NCBI GenBank assembly: GCA_017881905.1
Contig: JADGQI010000063.1
Span: forward strand, 1 to 47,578
Direction: 5' to 3'
DNA from: Chloroflexota bacterium
GTDB taxonomy: Bacteria > Chloroflexota > Limnocylindria > Limnocylindrales > CSP1-4
DNA: 47,578 bases
Of the stretch, positions 28,854 to 38,866 are shown piece after piece (within the stretch, counting starts at the first letter, position 1; each line of letters opens with the position of its first letter). The position numbers and the translations under genes are program-made. The notes beneath the pieces were generated by a model. The model had not been told where the DNA came from. It saw nothing but the letters and a program-made list of their open reading frames with translations, and did no database searches.

Positions 28854-31120
28854 CGATCGCTGCCCGCCCCGGGCGCGCGGTGGGCGCGCCGCTCCGACGC
28901 GAAGGACCGGCCAAGCTGACCGGCACCGCCCTCTACACCGACGACCTCGTCTTCCCCGGGGGCTGGTACGGGACGACCATCCGCTCCACCGAGCCACGCG
29001 CTCGCCTGGTCGCGATCGACCTCGATCCGGCCTTCGACTGGTCGCGCGTGGCGGTCGTCACGGCCGACGATATCCCCGGCGACAACGTCGTGGCGAGCAT
29101 CGCCGCCGACCAGCCCATCCTCGTCCCGGTCGGCGGTGAGATCCGCCACCAGGCCGAGCCGGTCGCCCTCCTCGCTGCCGCCGATCGGGAGACCCTCCGT
29201 GAGGCGAGGCTGCGCGTCCGTCTTCGGACCGAGGCCCTGCCGCCCGTGTTCGACCCGCTCGCCTCGACCGTCGAGTTCGCTCGGTACGACCTCGCCAAGG
29301 GCGACGTGGATGCGGGCCTGGCCAGCGCGGATCTCGTCGTCCAAGGCACCTACCGGGTCGGCCACCAGGAGCAGCTGTACATCGAGAACAACGCGATGAT
29401 CGCGGTCCCGCGAGCGGGCGGCGGGGTGATCGTCCACGGCAGCCTGCAGTGCCCGTACTACGTCCACAAGGCGCTCAAGCGCGGACTGAGGATCGGGTCG
29501 GAGCAGGCCCAGGTGGTCCAGGCCGAGACCGGTGGCGGGTTCGGGGGCAAGGAGGAGTACCCGTCGATGATCGGACTCCACGCCGCCCTGCTCGCGCTCC
29601 GGACCCAGCGGCCGGTCCGGATGATCTACGACCGCCACGAGGATCTGGCGGCCACCACCAAGCGCCACCCGGCCATCGTTACCCACCGGACCGGCGTGAT
29701 GCGCGACGGCCGGGTCGTGGCCCAGGACATCGACCTGGTGCTGGACGGTGGGGCGTACACGACGCTCACCCCGGTCGTCCTGTCGCGGGCGACGATCCAC
29801 GCCGGCGGCCCGTACGACATCCCGAACGTCCGGATCCGCGGACGGGCGGTGATGACCAATACGCCGCCGAACGGCGCATTCCGGGGATTCGGCGCGCCTC
29901 AGTCCGAATTCGCGGCGGAGACCCAGCTCAACCGCGTCGCCGAGGCGATCGGGATGAGCCCGCTCGATGTCCGGCGGCGGAACGTCTACCGGCTGGGCGG
30001 GATCACGCCGACGCAGCAGGTCCTGCGCGGTGGGGTCGCCGGCGAGGAGGTGCTCGAGCGCGCCGCCGAGGCATCGGAGTTCGACCGGGTCCGGGTGCGG
30101 ACGGCCGAGTCCCGCGGTCGCCGATCGCCCCGGGACCGGACCGCCCGCGGGATCGGCCTCGCGCTCGCCTGGCACGGGGCGGGGTTCACCGGCTCGGGCG
30201 AGGCGAAGATGGGCTCGGTGGTCAGCGTCGAGCTGTCCGGCGACGGCGTCGTCCGGATCCTGACCGCCTCGACCGAGATGGGCCAGGGGACCAAGACGAT
30301 CTTCCCGCAGCTCGTCGCGGCCGAGCTCGGCCTGCCGATCGAGGCAGTCGAGATGGCGCCGCAGGACACCGCCCTGGTGCCCGATTCGGGACCGACCGTG
30401 GCGTCGCGAACGGCGATGGTCGTCGGCGGGATGACCATCCAGGCCGCCCGTCGATTGCGCGAGGCCGTCGAGGGACGGACCGGCCGCCCGTTCGCGACGA
30501 GCTACCGCGACGACGCCGCGGACCATGGGGCGACGCGGATCGACCAGGCCTTCGAGCCGTATCCCGGCGTCGGCTTCGACGACGCCACCTACACCGGCGA
30601 CGCGTACCCGGCGTTCGGCTGGGCCGCCGCGGTCGCCGAGGTCGAGGTCGATCTCGACACCTTCGAGGTCGCGGTCCGGTCGATCGTGGCGGTCGATGAC
30701 GTCGGTCGCGTCATCCACCCGGTCCTGTGCGAGGGACAGGTCGAGGGCGGCACCCTCCAGGCCGTCGGCTACGCGACGATCGAGGAGATCAAGCTGCTCG
30801 ATGGGCGCTACCTGAACGACCGGCTCCAGACCTACCTCATCCCGACCGCGCTCGACGCACCGCGCATCGAGACGATCCTCGTGGAGTCGCCGTTCGCCGG
30901 CGTCCCCCATGGCGCCAAGGGGGTCGGCGAGCTGCCGATGGACGTCGGCGCGCCCGCCGTCGTGGCCGCGATCCACGATGCGACCGGCGCCTGGATCCAC
31001 GACCTGCCGGCGACCCCCGAGCGGATCATGGCCGCGCTCGTCGGGATCGACCCACCCGGCCCGCCCGGGATCTCGACCGTGTCGCCGCGACGCGCCGCCG
31101 ACGGGGACACCGAGCGATGA
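28850..31120 (+). CDS. Xanthine dehydrogenase-family molybdopterin-binding subunit
   Basis: KLTGTALYTDD, HQEQLYIE, GGGFGGKE, AFRGFGAPQ, EMGQGTKT, TVASR, GQVEGG and AKGVGELP motifs. Confidence 0.93.
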   Translation: MTIAARPGRAVGAPLRREGPAKLTGTALYTDDLVFPGGWYGTTIRSTEPRARLVAIDLDPAFDWSRVAVVTADDIPGDNVVASIAADQPILVPVGGEIRHQAEPVALLAAADRETLREARLRVRLRTEALPPVFDPLASTVEFARYDLAKGDVDAGLASADLVVQGTYRVGHQEQLYIENNAMIAVPRAGGGVIVHGSLQCPYYVHKALKRGLRIGSEQAQVVQAETGGGFGGKEEYPSMIGLHAALLALRTQRPVRMIYDRHEDLAATTKRHPAIVTHRTGVMRDGRVVAQDIDLVLDGGAYTTLTPVVLSRATIHAGGPYDIPNVRIRGRAVMTNTPPNGAFRGFGAPQSEFAAETQLNRVAEAIGMSPLDVRRRNVYRLGGITPTQQVLRGGVAGEEVLERAAEASEFDRVRVRTAESRGRRSPRDRTARGIGLALAWHGAGFTGSGEAKMGSVVSVELSGDGVVRILTASTEMGQGTKTIFPQLVAAELGLPIEAVEMAPQDTALVPDSGPTVASRTAMVVGGMTIQAARRLREAVEGRTGRPFATSYRDDAADHGATRIDQAFEPYPGVGFDDATYTGDAYPAFGWAAAVAEVEVDLDTFEVAVRSIVAVDDVGRVIHPVLCEGQVEGGTLQAVGYATIEEIKLLDGRYLNDRLQTYLIPTALDAPRIETILVESPFAGVPHGAKGVGELPMDVGAPAVVAAIHDATGAWIHDLPATPERIMAALVGIDPPGPPGISTVSPRRAADGDTER

Positions 31121-31593
31121 GCTACCACCTGACCGTCAACGGGACCGCGACCGAGGTCGCCGTCCCCGGGATGCGCCGCCTGCTCGACGTCCTGCGCGAG
31201 GATCTCGGCCTGACCGGATCCAAGGAGGGTTGCGGGGAGGGTGAATGCGGCGCATGCACGGTCCTGATCGACGGTGCCGTGGCCGTGAGCTGCCTGGTAC
31301 CCGTCTGCCAGGTCGACGCGGCCGTGATCACGACGGTCGAGGGACTCGCCACGCCGACGACCGGCCTGAGCAGTCTCCAGCAGGCGTTCCTCGAGACAGG
31401 GGGTGCGCAGTGCGGGATCTGCACGCCGGGGATGCTCCTGTCCGGCCAGGCCTTCCTCGACTCGGGGGCCGAGCCCACCGACGACGCGATCCGCGAGGCG
31501 ATCGCCGGGAACTTGTGCCGGTGCACGGGCTACACCAAGATCGTCGAGGCGGTCGCCCTGGCAGCGGGCCGCCGCGACGAGACCGGAGCCTGA
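31117..31593 (+). CDS. Xanthine dehydrogenase-family 2Fe-2S subunit
   Basis: GSKEGCGEGECGACTV, QCGICTPG and GNLCRCTGY motifs. Confidence 0.95.
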   Translation: MSYHLTVNGTATEVAVPGMRRLLDVLREDLGLTGSKEGCGEGECGACTVLIDGAVAVSCLVPVCQVDAAVITTVEGLATPTTGLSSLQQAFLETGGAQCGICTPGMLLSGQAFLDSGAEPTDDAIREAIAGNLCRCTGYTKIVEAVALAAGRRDETGA

Positions 31594-31596
31594 CGG

Positions 31597-32454
31597 ATGG
31601 CGATCGAGCCGGCCGTCGTGTCCCCGGCCACCCTCGCCGAGGCGTACGCGATCGCGGCTCGCGGGGCGCACCGACCGGTCGCCGGCGGCACGGACCTGCT
31701 GGTCCAGATCACCGGCGGGATCGGTCCGCCGCCCGACCGGGTCCTCGACCTGTGGCGACTCGACGAGCTGCGCGGGATCTCGGTCCGCGACGGTGCGCTC
31801 GAGCTCGGGGCGCTGACCACGTTCTCGGAGATCCGCGCATCCGTCGCCTGTCGCGAGGACGCGCCCGCGCTCGTGGAGGCCGCGGCCACGATCGGCGCGG
31901 CGCAGATCCAGAACCGCGGCACGCTCGGTGGAAACGTCATGAACGCCTCGCCGGCCGGCGACACGCTCCCGGTCCTGCTCGCGCTCGATGCCGAGCTGGT
32001 CGTGGGGGGCGAGACCGGCGAGCGCACCATCCCCGCGGCCGCGTTCTGGCCCGCCTACCGCCGGACGGCCATCCGACCCGACGAGCTCCTCGTCCGGATC
32101 CGGTTGCCGCTGGTGGCCGACCGCCGCCAGCGCTTCCGCAAGGTCGGGACGCGCCGCGCCCAGGCGATCTCCAAGGTCGTCATCGCGCTAGCCTGGCGAG
32201 GCGATCCCGGGTCGGGGACCTGGCGCGAGGTCCGCGTCGCGTTGGGTTCGGTGGCGGCAACCCCGATCCGCGCGGCCGCCGCCGAGGCCGCCCTCGAGGG
32301 CGAACGACCGACCGAGTCGACCGCGGAGCGCGCCGTCGCCGCGCTCGTCGGCGAGCTCCGACCGATCGACGACGTCCGGTCGACGGCGGCGTACCGTCGC
32401 GAGGTCGCCGGCCGGGTCCTCCGCCGGCTCGTCCGCGACGAAGGTCGGTGGTAG
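31597..32454 (+). CDS. Xanthine dehydrogenase-family FAD-binding subunit
   Basis: VAGGTDL, QIQNRGTLGGN..NASPAGD and PIDDVRSTAAYR motifs. Confidence 0.94.
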   Translation: MAIEPAVVSPATLAEAYAIAARGAHRPVAGGTDLLVQITGGIGPPPDRVLDLWRLDELRGISVRDGALELGALTTFSEIRASVACREDAPALVEAAATIGAAQIQNRGTLGGNVMNASPAGDTLPVLLALDAELVVGGETGERTIPAAAFWPAYRRTAIRPDELLVRIRLPLVADRRQRFRKVGTRRAQAISKVVIALAWRGDPGSGTWREVRVALGSVAATPIRAAAAEAALEGERPTESTAERAVAALVGELRPIDDVRSTAAYRREVAGRVLRRLVRDEGRW

Positions 32455-32476
32455 CGGCCGTGCCGAAGGGAGTGAC

Positions 32477-33328
32477 GTGATCGAGCTCGGACCCAATCGC
32501 TACGGCAAGGCCGCGATCCGCCTGGTCAAGATCGTCCGCGAGCCGGACCGGAACCGGATCCGGGACCTGACCGTGGCGATCGCGCTCGAGGGTGATTTCG
32601 CGGCGGCCCACACCGAGGGCGACAACGCCAACCTCGTCGCCACGGACACGATGAAGAACACCGTGTACGCCTTCGCCCAGGAGCATCTCAGCGGACCGGT
32701 CGAGGCCTACGCGACCGTGCTCGCCCGACATTTCGCGGCGATGCCGCAGGTCGCGCGGGCGACCGTCTCGATCCGGGAGCACCGCTGGGCGCCGATCCCG
32801 ACCGACGCCGGGCCGTCGCCCGACGCGTTCCTGCGGACGGGCGACTTCACCCGGACCACATCCGTGACCGCGACCGACGACGGCGGCCTGGAGGTCGATG
32901 CCGGCGTCGAGGACCTCACCGTGATGAAGACGGCACGTTCGGCCTTCCGCGGGTTCCCGCGCGACGCCCTGACGACCCTGCCCGAGACCGACGATCGGAT
33001 CATGGCCACGAAGGTCACCGCGACCTGGCACTACGGTCCCACCGATCTGGACTGGGACGCGGTCCACGACGGGATCCTCGGGACCATGCTCGACGTCCTG
33101 GCGGAGCACGCCAGCCTGTCCGTCCAGCACTCGATCTGGATCGTCGGCCGGGCGATGCTCGAGCGCCACGCCGCCCTTGCCGAGGTCAGGATGGTCCTGC
33201 CGAACCTCCACCACTGGCTGGTGGACCTGAGCCCGTTCGGGATGGACAACCCCGGCACGATCTTCACCGCGACGACCGAGCCGCACGGTCTGATCGAGGC
33301 GACCGTCCGCCGATCGGCCGACCGATGA
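32477..33328 (+). CDS. pucL: Urate oxidase (factor-independent uricase)
   Basis: [42 protein letters not shown] and PHGLIEA motifs. Confidence 0.95.
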   Translation: MIELGPNRYGKAAIRLVKIVREPDRNRIRDLTVAIALEGDFAAAHTEGDNANLVATDTMKNTVYAFAQEHLSGPVEAYATVLARHFAAMPQVARATVSIREHRWAPIPTDAGPSPDAFLRTGDFTRTTSVTATDDGGLEVDAGVEDLTVMKTARSAFRGFPRDALTTLPETDDRIMATKVTATWHYGPTDLDWDAVHDGILGTMLDVLAEHASLSVQHSIWIVGRAMLERHAALAEVRMVLPNLHHWLVDLSPFGMDNPGTIFTATTEPHGLIEATVRRSADR

Positions 33329-34905
33329 CGGCAGACCTTCCCGCCGGCGTCGAGGTCGTGGGCCCGCCCGTACCCGGCGCGGACGACGTCCTGACCGCAT
33401 CCGCCCTGGCGATCGTCGCCGACCTCCAGCGGCGGTTCGCGCCCGCCCGCGAAGAGCTCCTCGCGGCGCGGGCCGCGCGCGATGAGGCGCTCGCCGAGGG
33501 CCTGCGTCCCGCGTTCCTGCCCGAGACCGCCGAGGTGCGAGCCGCCGACTGGTGGGTCGCACCGGCTCCACCGAACCTCGACGACCGGCGGGTCGAGATC
33601 ACCGGACCGGCCGAGCCGAAGATGATGATCAATGCCCTGAACTCGGGGGCTCGCGTCTTCATGGCCGATCTCGAGGACGCCCTCAGCCCGACCTGGGCGA
33701 ACGTGGTCGGCGGCCAGGGCGCGCTGCGCGCCGCGGTCCGCGGCACGCTCGAGCTGCGGACGCCCGACAAGCAGTACCGGCTCGCCGAGCGCACGGCGAC
33801 GCTCGTCGTCCGACCGCGCGGCTGGCACCTGGTCGAGCGCCACGTCCTCGTCGACGGCGCACCCGTGTCCGCGAGCCTGTTCGACGTCGGGATGTTCCTC
33901 GCCCATAACGGCGTCGAGGCGGTCCGGCGCGGCTCGGGACCGTACCTGTACCTGGCCAAGCTGGAGGGCCATCGCGAGGCACGGCTCTGGAACGACGTGT
34001 TCGTCGCCGGTCAGGCGGTCGTCGGGATCCCGCTGGGCTCGATCCGGGCGACGGTCCTGATCGAGACGATCCTCGCGGCATTCGAGATGGACGAGATCCT
34101 GTACGAGCTGCGCGACCACGCCGCCGGGCTGAATGCAGGTCGCTGGGATTACATCTTCAGCATCATCAAGAAGTTCCGGGATCGTCCGGACTTCGTCCTG
34201 CCCGACCGCGGTCAGGTGACGATGGCGGTCCCGTTCATGCGGGCGTACACCCAGCTGCTCGTCCGGACCTGCCACCGGCGCGGCGCCCACGCGATCGGTG
34301 GGATGTCGGCGTTCATCCCGAACCGACGCGAGCCGGAGGTCACCGCGAACGCGCTCGTGCGCGTCCGCGAGGACAAGGTGCGCGAGGCGGGGGACGGCTT
34401 CGATGGCACCTGGGTGGCCCATCCTGACCTCGTCCCGGTCGCAGCCGAGGTGTTCGACGGCGTGCTCGGCGACCGACCCAACCAGAAGGAGCGGCTGCGC
34501 GAGGACGTCCGGGTCACGCCGGCCGAGCTCCTGGACGTGGCCATCCCCGGCGGAGCGGTCACCGAGGCCGGCATCCGCCAGGACGTCAGCGTCGGGCTGC
34601 GGTACCTCGATGCCTGGCTCCGCGGCAACGGCGCCGCTGCCATCGACGACCTGATGGAGGACGCCGCGACCGCCGAGATCAGCCGCTCCCAGCTGTGGCA
34701 GTGGCGGCGGCACCGGACGACGCTCACCGATGGCCGGTCGATGTCGAGCGAGCTGTACGCGGCGATCCGCGACGAGGAGCTCGCTCGTCACGGCGGGCGC
34801 ACGTCGGGCCGTCTCGGGGACGCCGCCGACCTGCTCGACCGCCTGGTCCTCGACGACTCGTTTGCGGAGTTCCTGACCCTGGACGCCTACCGATTGCTCG
34901 GCTGA
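33325..34905 (+). CDS. aceB: Malate synthase A
   Basis: [63 protein letters not shown] and [18 protein letters not shown] motifs. Confidence 0.96.
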   Translation: MTADLPAGVEVVGPPVPGADDVLTASALAIVADLQRRFAPAREELLAARAARDEALAEGLRPAFLPETAEVRAADWWVAPAPPNLDDRRVEITGPAEPKMMINALNSGARVFMADLEDALSPTWANVVGGQGALRAAVRGTLELRTPDKQYRLAERTATLVVRPRGWHLVERHVLVDGAPVSASLFDVGMFLAHNGVEAVRRGSGPYLYLAKLEGHREARLWNDVFVAGQAVVGIPLGSIRATVLIETILAAFEMDEILYELRDHAAGLNAGRWDYIFSIIKKFRDRPDFVLPDRGQVTMAVPFMRAYTQLLVRTCHRRGAHAIGGMSAFIPNRREPEVTANALVRVREDKVREAGDGFDGTWVAHPDLVPVAAEVFDGVLGDRPNQKERLREDVRVTPAELLDVAIPGGAVTEAGIRQDVSVGLRYLDAWLRGNGAAAIDDLMEDAATAEISRSQLWQWRRHRTTLTDGRSMSSELYAAIRDEELARHGGRTSGRLGDAADLLDRLVLDDSFAEFLTLDAYRLLG

Positions 34906-34946
34906 CGGGCGCGCCGGTCCAGCGAGTGGGTCGAGGCCGGCTGCGA

Positions 34947-36341
34947 TCAGCCCGCCGCGTCGAGCGAACGCTCGATGAACCGGCCGTGACCGCGGCGGCC
35001 GACGAAGGCCCCGTCACGGACCACGAATGCGCCCCGGACGATCGTCGAGCGGACCGCTCCCTCCACGACGCGACCCTCGTACGGCGTGTAGTCGCTGGTG
35101 TGATGCAGGTCGACGGCTCGGAGGGTCCGTCTGGCGGCGGGATCGAACAGCACCAGGTCCGCGTCGCGCCCTCGCTCGATCGCGCCCTTCGAACCCAGGC
35201 CGAAGAGTCGGGCGGGCGTGGTGGCGACGAGCTCGACCATCCTCTCGAGCCCGATCCGGCCCCGGGAGACCCCCTCCGAGTAGACCAGGCCCAGAAGCGT
35301 CTCGATGCCCGGTCCGCCGTTCGAGATGCGGTCGAACGACTCGCGCCAGGATCGCTTCTCGACCGCGACACGGTCGGGCACGTGGTCCGTCGCGACGAGC
35401 GCAAGATCACCGGCCGCGAGGCCATCCCACAGCGCCTCAGGCTGACCCGGACCGCGGAGCGGTGGCGAGATCACGTACCGGGCGGCGTCCTCCGGCGCGA
35501 GATCGTACCGCTCGTCGGTCAGCGTCAGGTAGTGCGGGCACGTCTCCGCGTGGACCGGCAGACCCTCGGCGCGCGCGGCGCGGACGTGCGCGAGCGCCTC
35601 GGCGCACGACAGGTGGACGACGTACAGCGGCGCCCGAGCCGCGCGCGCGAGCCCGATCGCCCGGGCGGTCGCGTCGGCCTCGACGAACGGCGGTCTGGAG
35701 CTGGCGTGGAAGCGCGGGGCGGTCTCGCCCGCCGCCAGGTGCCGGGCCGTTCGCTCCTCGAGCGCCGACCGGTCCTCGCAGTGGACCTCGAGCATCCCGC
35801 GGTGTCGGCCGGCGACCTCCAGCGCCCGGGAGAGCGTCGCGTCGTCGACGCCGAAGTCGTAGACCATGAACGCCTTGAAGGTCGGCACGCCCGACAAGAT
35901 AGCGTCCGGCACCTCACCGATCGGGTCGTCCTGGGCCGACGTGATCACCAGGCTGAGCGCGACGTCGACCGCCGAATCAGACGCGGTCGCCGCTCGCCAC
36001 TCGCGCATCCCGCCGAGGAGGCTCCGTCCCGCCGCCGACGCACCGGTTCCGGGGTTGTTGAACGACAGGAACGTCGTCGTCCCGCCGAACGCGGCGGCCA
36101 CCGAGTCCTGGAAGAACCGGTCGGGCTCGGCGTCGCTGGCCACCCGCGTATGGGTGTGGACGTCGATCGCACCGGGGAGCACCAGCAGCCCGGTCGCGTC
36201 GACGACCTCCCGCGCGGTCGCGGTCAGGCCACCCAGGTCGGGCTCGACCGCGGAGATCGTCCCGCCGTCGACGGCCACGTCCGCTCGTGACGAGCCGGCC
36301 GCGGTCACGACGGTCCCGCCGCGGACGAGCAGGTCGGTCAC
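34947..36341 (-). CDS. Dihydropyrimidinase/hydantoinase-like cyclic amidohydrolase (allantoinase candidate)
   Basis: IDVHTH, GGTTT, FKAFMVY, VHCED, VVHLS, ETCPHYL, SPPLR, ATDH and DYTPYEG motifs; GTGA overlap with the upstream gene. Confidence 0.88.
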   Translation of the reverse strand: MTDLLVRGGTVVTAAGSSRADVAVDGGTISAVEPDLGGLTATAREVVDATGLLVLPGAIDVHTHTRVASDAEPDRFFQDSVAAAFGGTTTFLSFNNPGTGASAAGRSLLGGMREWRAATASDSAVDVALSLVITSAQDDPIGEVPDAILSGVPTFKAFMVYDFGVDDATLSRALEVAGRHRGMLEVHCEDRSALEERTARHLAAGETAPRFHASSRPPFVEADATARAIGLARAARAPLYVVHLSCAEALAHVRAARAEGLPVHAETCPHYLTLTDERYDLAPEDAARYVISPPLRGPGQPEALWDGLAAGDLALVATDHVPDRVAVEKRSWRESFDRISNGGPGIETLLGLVYSEGVSRGRIGLERMVELVATTPARLFGLGSKGAIERGRDADLVLFDPAARRTLRAVDLHHTSDYTPYEGRVVEGAVRSTIVRGAFVVRDGAFVGRRGHGRFIERSLDAAG

Positions 36342-36763
36342 CCCGTCTCGACGATCTCGATCGACTGCGCTCCATCCCACAGCGCTCGCCGACCGACCTC
36401 GCGCAGGCGGTCCTCCCAACCGTCATCGGACAGGATCGTCGCGAAGTGGTTGGCGGCGAGCTGACCGACCTTCGAGCTCGTCGTGCAGGCACCGTACGGG
36501 AAGAAGATCTCGCACTCGCTGATGCCGCCGGGGTAGATCGCCAGCTGCCCCGGGGCCGGGTGCGAGGTGTGGTTCTCGTAGTCGATCCCGGGCCGGAAGT
36601 CGCCCAGTGGGATCCAGGTCGATTCGCCGCTCCAGCGGCAGTGGATGATCCGACCCTGGATCGGGAGCATCGAGCGGATCGCCTCGATCGTGCGCGGCGC
36701 GGCCGGCTCCCAGCGGGCGCTAAAGTGGAGGTCGCCACCGACTCGGATCGACAGGTCGCTCAT
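36338..36763 (-). CDS. DUF3830 family protein (cyclophilin-like fold)
   Basis: IIHCRWSGE, ENHTSHPAPG, YPGGISE and SKVGQLAANHF motifs; TATCCT 6 nt before the ATG. Confidence 0.85.
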   Translation of the reverse strand: MSDLSIRVGGDLHFSARWEPAAPRTIEAIRSMLPIQGRIIHCRWSGESTWIPLGDFRPGIDYENHTSHPAPGQLAIYPGGISECEIFFPYGACTTSSKVGQLAANHFATILSDDGWEDRLREVGRRALWDGAQSIEIVETG

Positions 36764-36776
36764 CGCCGGAGGATAC

Positions 36777-37109
36777 GTGACCGGGCCTCGTCCGACCATC
36801 TCGACCCACATCCTGGACACCGGCAGCGGGGGTCCGGCAGAGGGTGTCCCGGTCCGGCTGTGGCGCTCCGGGCCGTCCGGCGAACCCGAGCTCCTCGCCG
36901 AGCTGCGGACCGACCGCGACGGCCGGATCCGCGACCTCCTCGATGGAGGACGGCTCGTCGCCGGCCGGTATCGGCTCGAATTCGGTCTCGACGACGGCGG
37001 GTTCTTCACGGGCCTGTCGGTCGATGTCGCGATCGACGATCCGGAGCGGAGCTACCACGTCCCGCTGCTGCGAGCGCCGTACGGGCTGTCGACCTATCGC
37101 GGGTCGTAG
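36777..37109 (+). CDS. uraH: 5-hydroxyisourate hydrolase
   Basis: ISTHILDT..G.PA, TDRDGR, YHVPLL and C-terminal YRGS signature. Confidence 0.95.
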   Translation: MTGPRPTISTHILDTGSGGPAEGVPVRLWRSGPSGEPELLAELRTDRDGRIRDLLDGGRLVAGRYRLEFGLDDGGFFTGLSVDVAIDDPERSYHVPLLRAPYGLSTYRGS

Positions 37110-37111
37110 GC

Positions 37112-37657
37112 GTGCCGCGGGTCGGCCGGTCCATCGCCGAGATCGATGCCCTGGCACCCGACGGCTGTGTCCTGGCGCTCGCGCCGCTGTTCGAGGGAGC
37201 TCCGCGTTTCCTCTCCCGGCTGTGCGCGGCGCGGCCCTTCGCCGACGCCGACGACCTGTTCGACTCAGCGCGGAGGATCGCCCACGCGATGCCGACTGAC
37301 GAGCAGGTCGAGCTGATCGACGCCCATCCGCGGCTCGGCGCCCCAGCGAGATCGATCTCGGCCGCCTCGTTCGTGGAGCAGGGCTACGACCGGTCGGTCG
37401 CCGAGGGGGCAGCAGCCGAAGGGACGGCTATGGCCGAGAGCGCGCGCCTGACCGCAGAGCTCGAGCGGCTGAACACGGCCTACGAGGTGCGATTCGGCTT
37501 CCGCTACTGCGTCTTCGTGGCTGGGCGGTCGCGAGCCGCCTTCTTGCCCGAGTTCGAGGCTGCCCTGTCTGCCGATCCGGCCGACGAGCGGGTCCGGGCC
37601 CTCGATGCGGTCGTCGACATCGCCGCCGACCGCTGGCGAGCTCAGACCGTCACCTGA
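37112..37657 (+). CDS. uraD: OHCU decarboxylase
   Basis: IDAHPRLG, S..EQ, LNTAYEVRFGFRYCVFVAGR and DIAADR motifs; adjacent to uraH. Confidence 0.9.
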   Translation: MPRVGRSIAEIDALAPDGCVLALAPLFEGAPRFLSRLCAARPFADADDLFDSARRIAHAMPTDEQVELIDAHPRLGAPARSISAASFVEQGYDRSVAEGAAAEGTAMAESARLTAELERLNTAYEVRFGFRYCVFVAGRSRAAFLPEFEAALSADPADERVRALDAVVDIAADRWRAQTVT

Positions 37658-37719
37658 CCTGCCGATCAGACCGACCCGGCGCCGCGCCGGGACGAGGCCG
37701 GCTCGGCTAGCATCGGGCG

Positions 37720-38796
37720 ATGACCGCGCCGACCGCCGTCCTCATCGACTGCGACACCGGGATCGACGACAGCCTGGCCCTGTTCTATGCGGTCGCCTCG
37801 GCCGACGCGGAGATCGTCGCCGTCACCTGCTGCACCGGGAACGTCGAGGCCGACCAGGTCGCGGCGAACACCCTGGCGATCCTCGAACTGGCCGGACGGA
37901 CGGACATCGAGGTCGCCGTCGGACGCAAGGTGCCGCTCGTGCGCCCGGTCGAAGTGACCCCGGAGACCCACGGACCCCAGGGCCTGGGCTACGCGACGCT
38001 CCCGCCGCCCCACCGGCCGTTGAGTGAACGTCATGCGGCCGACGTCATCGTCGCTCACGCTCGGAGCCGGCCGGGCGAGCTGACCCTGGTCACCCTCGGC
38101 CCGATGACCAACCTGGCCGTCGCGCTCGAGCGCGAGCCTGAGCTCCCGAACCTCCTTCGCCGGCTCGTGTTCATGGGTGGCGCGTTCCGGGTCCCGGGCA
38201 ACACGACGCCGACGACCGAATGGAACATCCATTGCGACCCGGAGGCCGCGAAGATCGTCGTCGACGCGTTCGCTTCGGCCCCCGTCCTCCCGCTGGGACT
38301 GGGCCTGGACGTGACCGAGAAGGCGAAGGTCCTGCCCGATCACGTCGTCCGGCTCGCCCGACGGGCCGGCAGCCGGCCGGACGACTCGATCGCCCTGAGC
38401 GCCGGGGAGCACCCGCTCGTCGCGACGAGGAGCGTCGCCGGCAACCCCATCGTCCGGTGCATCGCCGATTCGCTCCGCTTCTACATGGAGTTCCACGCCC
38501 GGTACGACGGGTTCTACGGCGCCTTCATCCACGACCCGCTGGCGCTGGCCGCGGCTCTCGATCCGAGCCTGGTCACGACCCAGGCGGTCCATGTCGATGT
38601 CGACACCGCCCACGGGCCGGCCGACGGCCAGACGATCGCCGACTGGCGTCACCTGACCGGCAAGGCCGCCAACGTCGAGGTCGCGGTCGACGCGGACGCC
38701 GAGGAGTTCCTGCGCCGGTTCATCGAACGCGTGGGCGGGCTGGCGGAACGACGAAGCCCGGGACTGGCGGATACCCACCCGGACGTGGCACTCTGA
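37720..38796 (+). CDS. Inosine-uridine-type nucleoside hydrolase
   Basis: DCDTGIDD, HGPQGLG, LGPMTN, MGG, EWNIHCDPEAA, GLDVT and IHDP motifs; TAGCAT 6 nt before the ATG. Confidence 0.94.
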   Translation: MTAPTAVLIDCDTGIDDSLALFYAVASADAEIVAVTCCTGNVEADQVAANTLAILELAGRTDIEVAVGRKVPLVRPVEVTPETHGPQGLGYATLPPPHRPLSERHAADVIVAHARSRPGELTLVTLGPMTNLAVALEREPELPNLLRRLVFMGGAFRVPGNTTPTTEWNIHCDPEAAKIVVDAFASAPVLPLGLGLDVTEKAKVLPDHVVRLARRAGSRPDDSIALSAGEHPLVATRSVAGNPIVRCIADSLRFYMEFHARYDGFYGAFIHDPLALAAALDPSLVTTQAVHVDVDTAHGPADGQTIADWRHLTGKAANVEVAVDADAEEFLRRFIERVGGLAERRSPGLADTHPDVAL

Positions 38797-38866
38797 CGAA
38801 CGAGGGAGTGGTCGTTCGGGATCCGCGATCCACGGGCGACCGAAGGGTTCGAGGAGGATGCGGCTG

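Noticed and set aside
28514-31000. 828-aa - strand ORF and similar antisense ORFs (e.g. 40709-42823, 33031-34791)
   Set aside because: Mirror frames of well-supported genes with no recognisable domains.
28850-32454. Aerobic CO dehydrogenase (given coxG elsewhere in the window)
   Set aside because: The active-site loop is AFRGFG, not AYXCSFR, and the context is purine catabolism.
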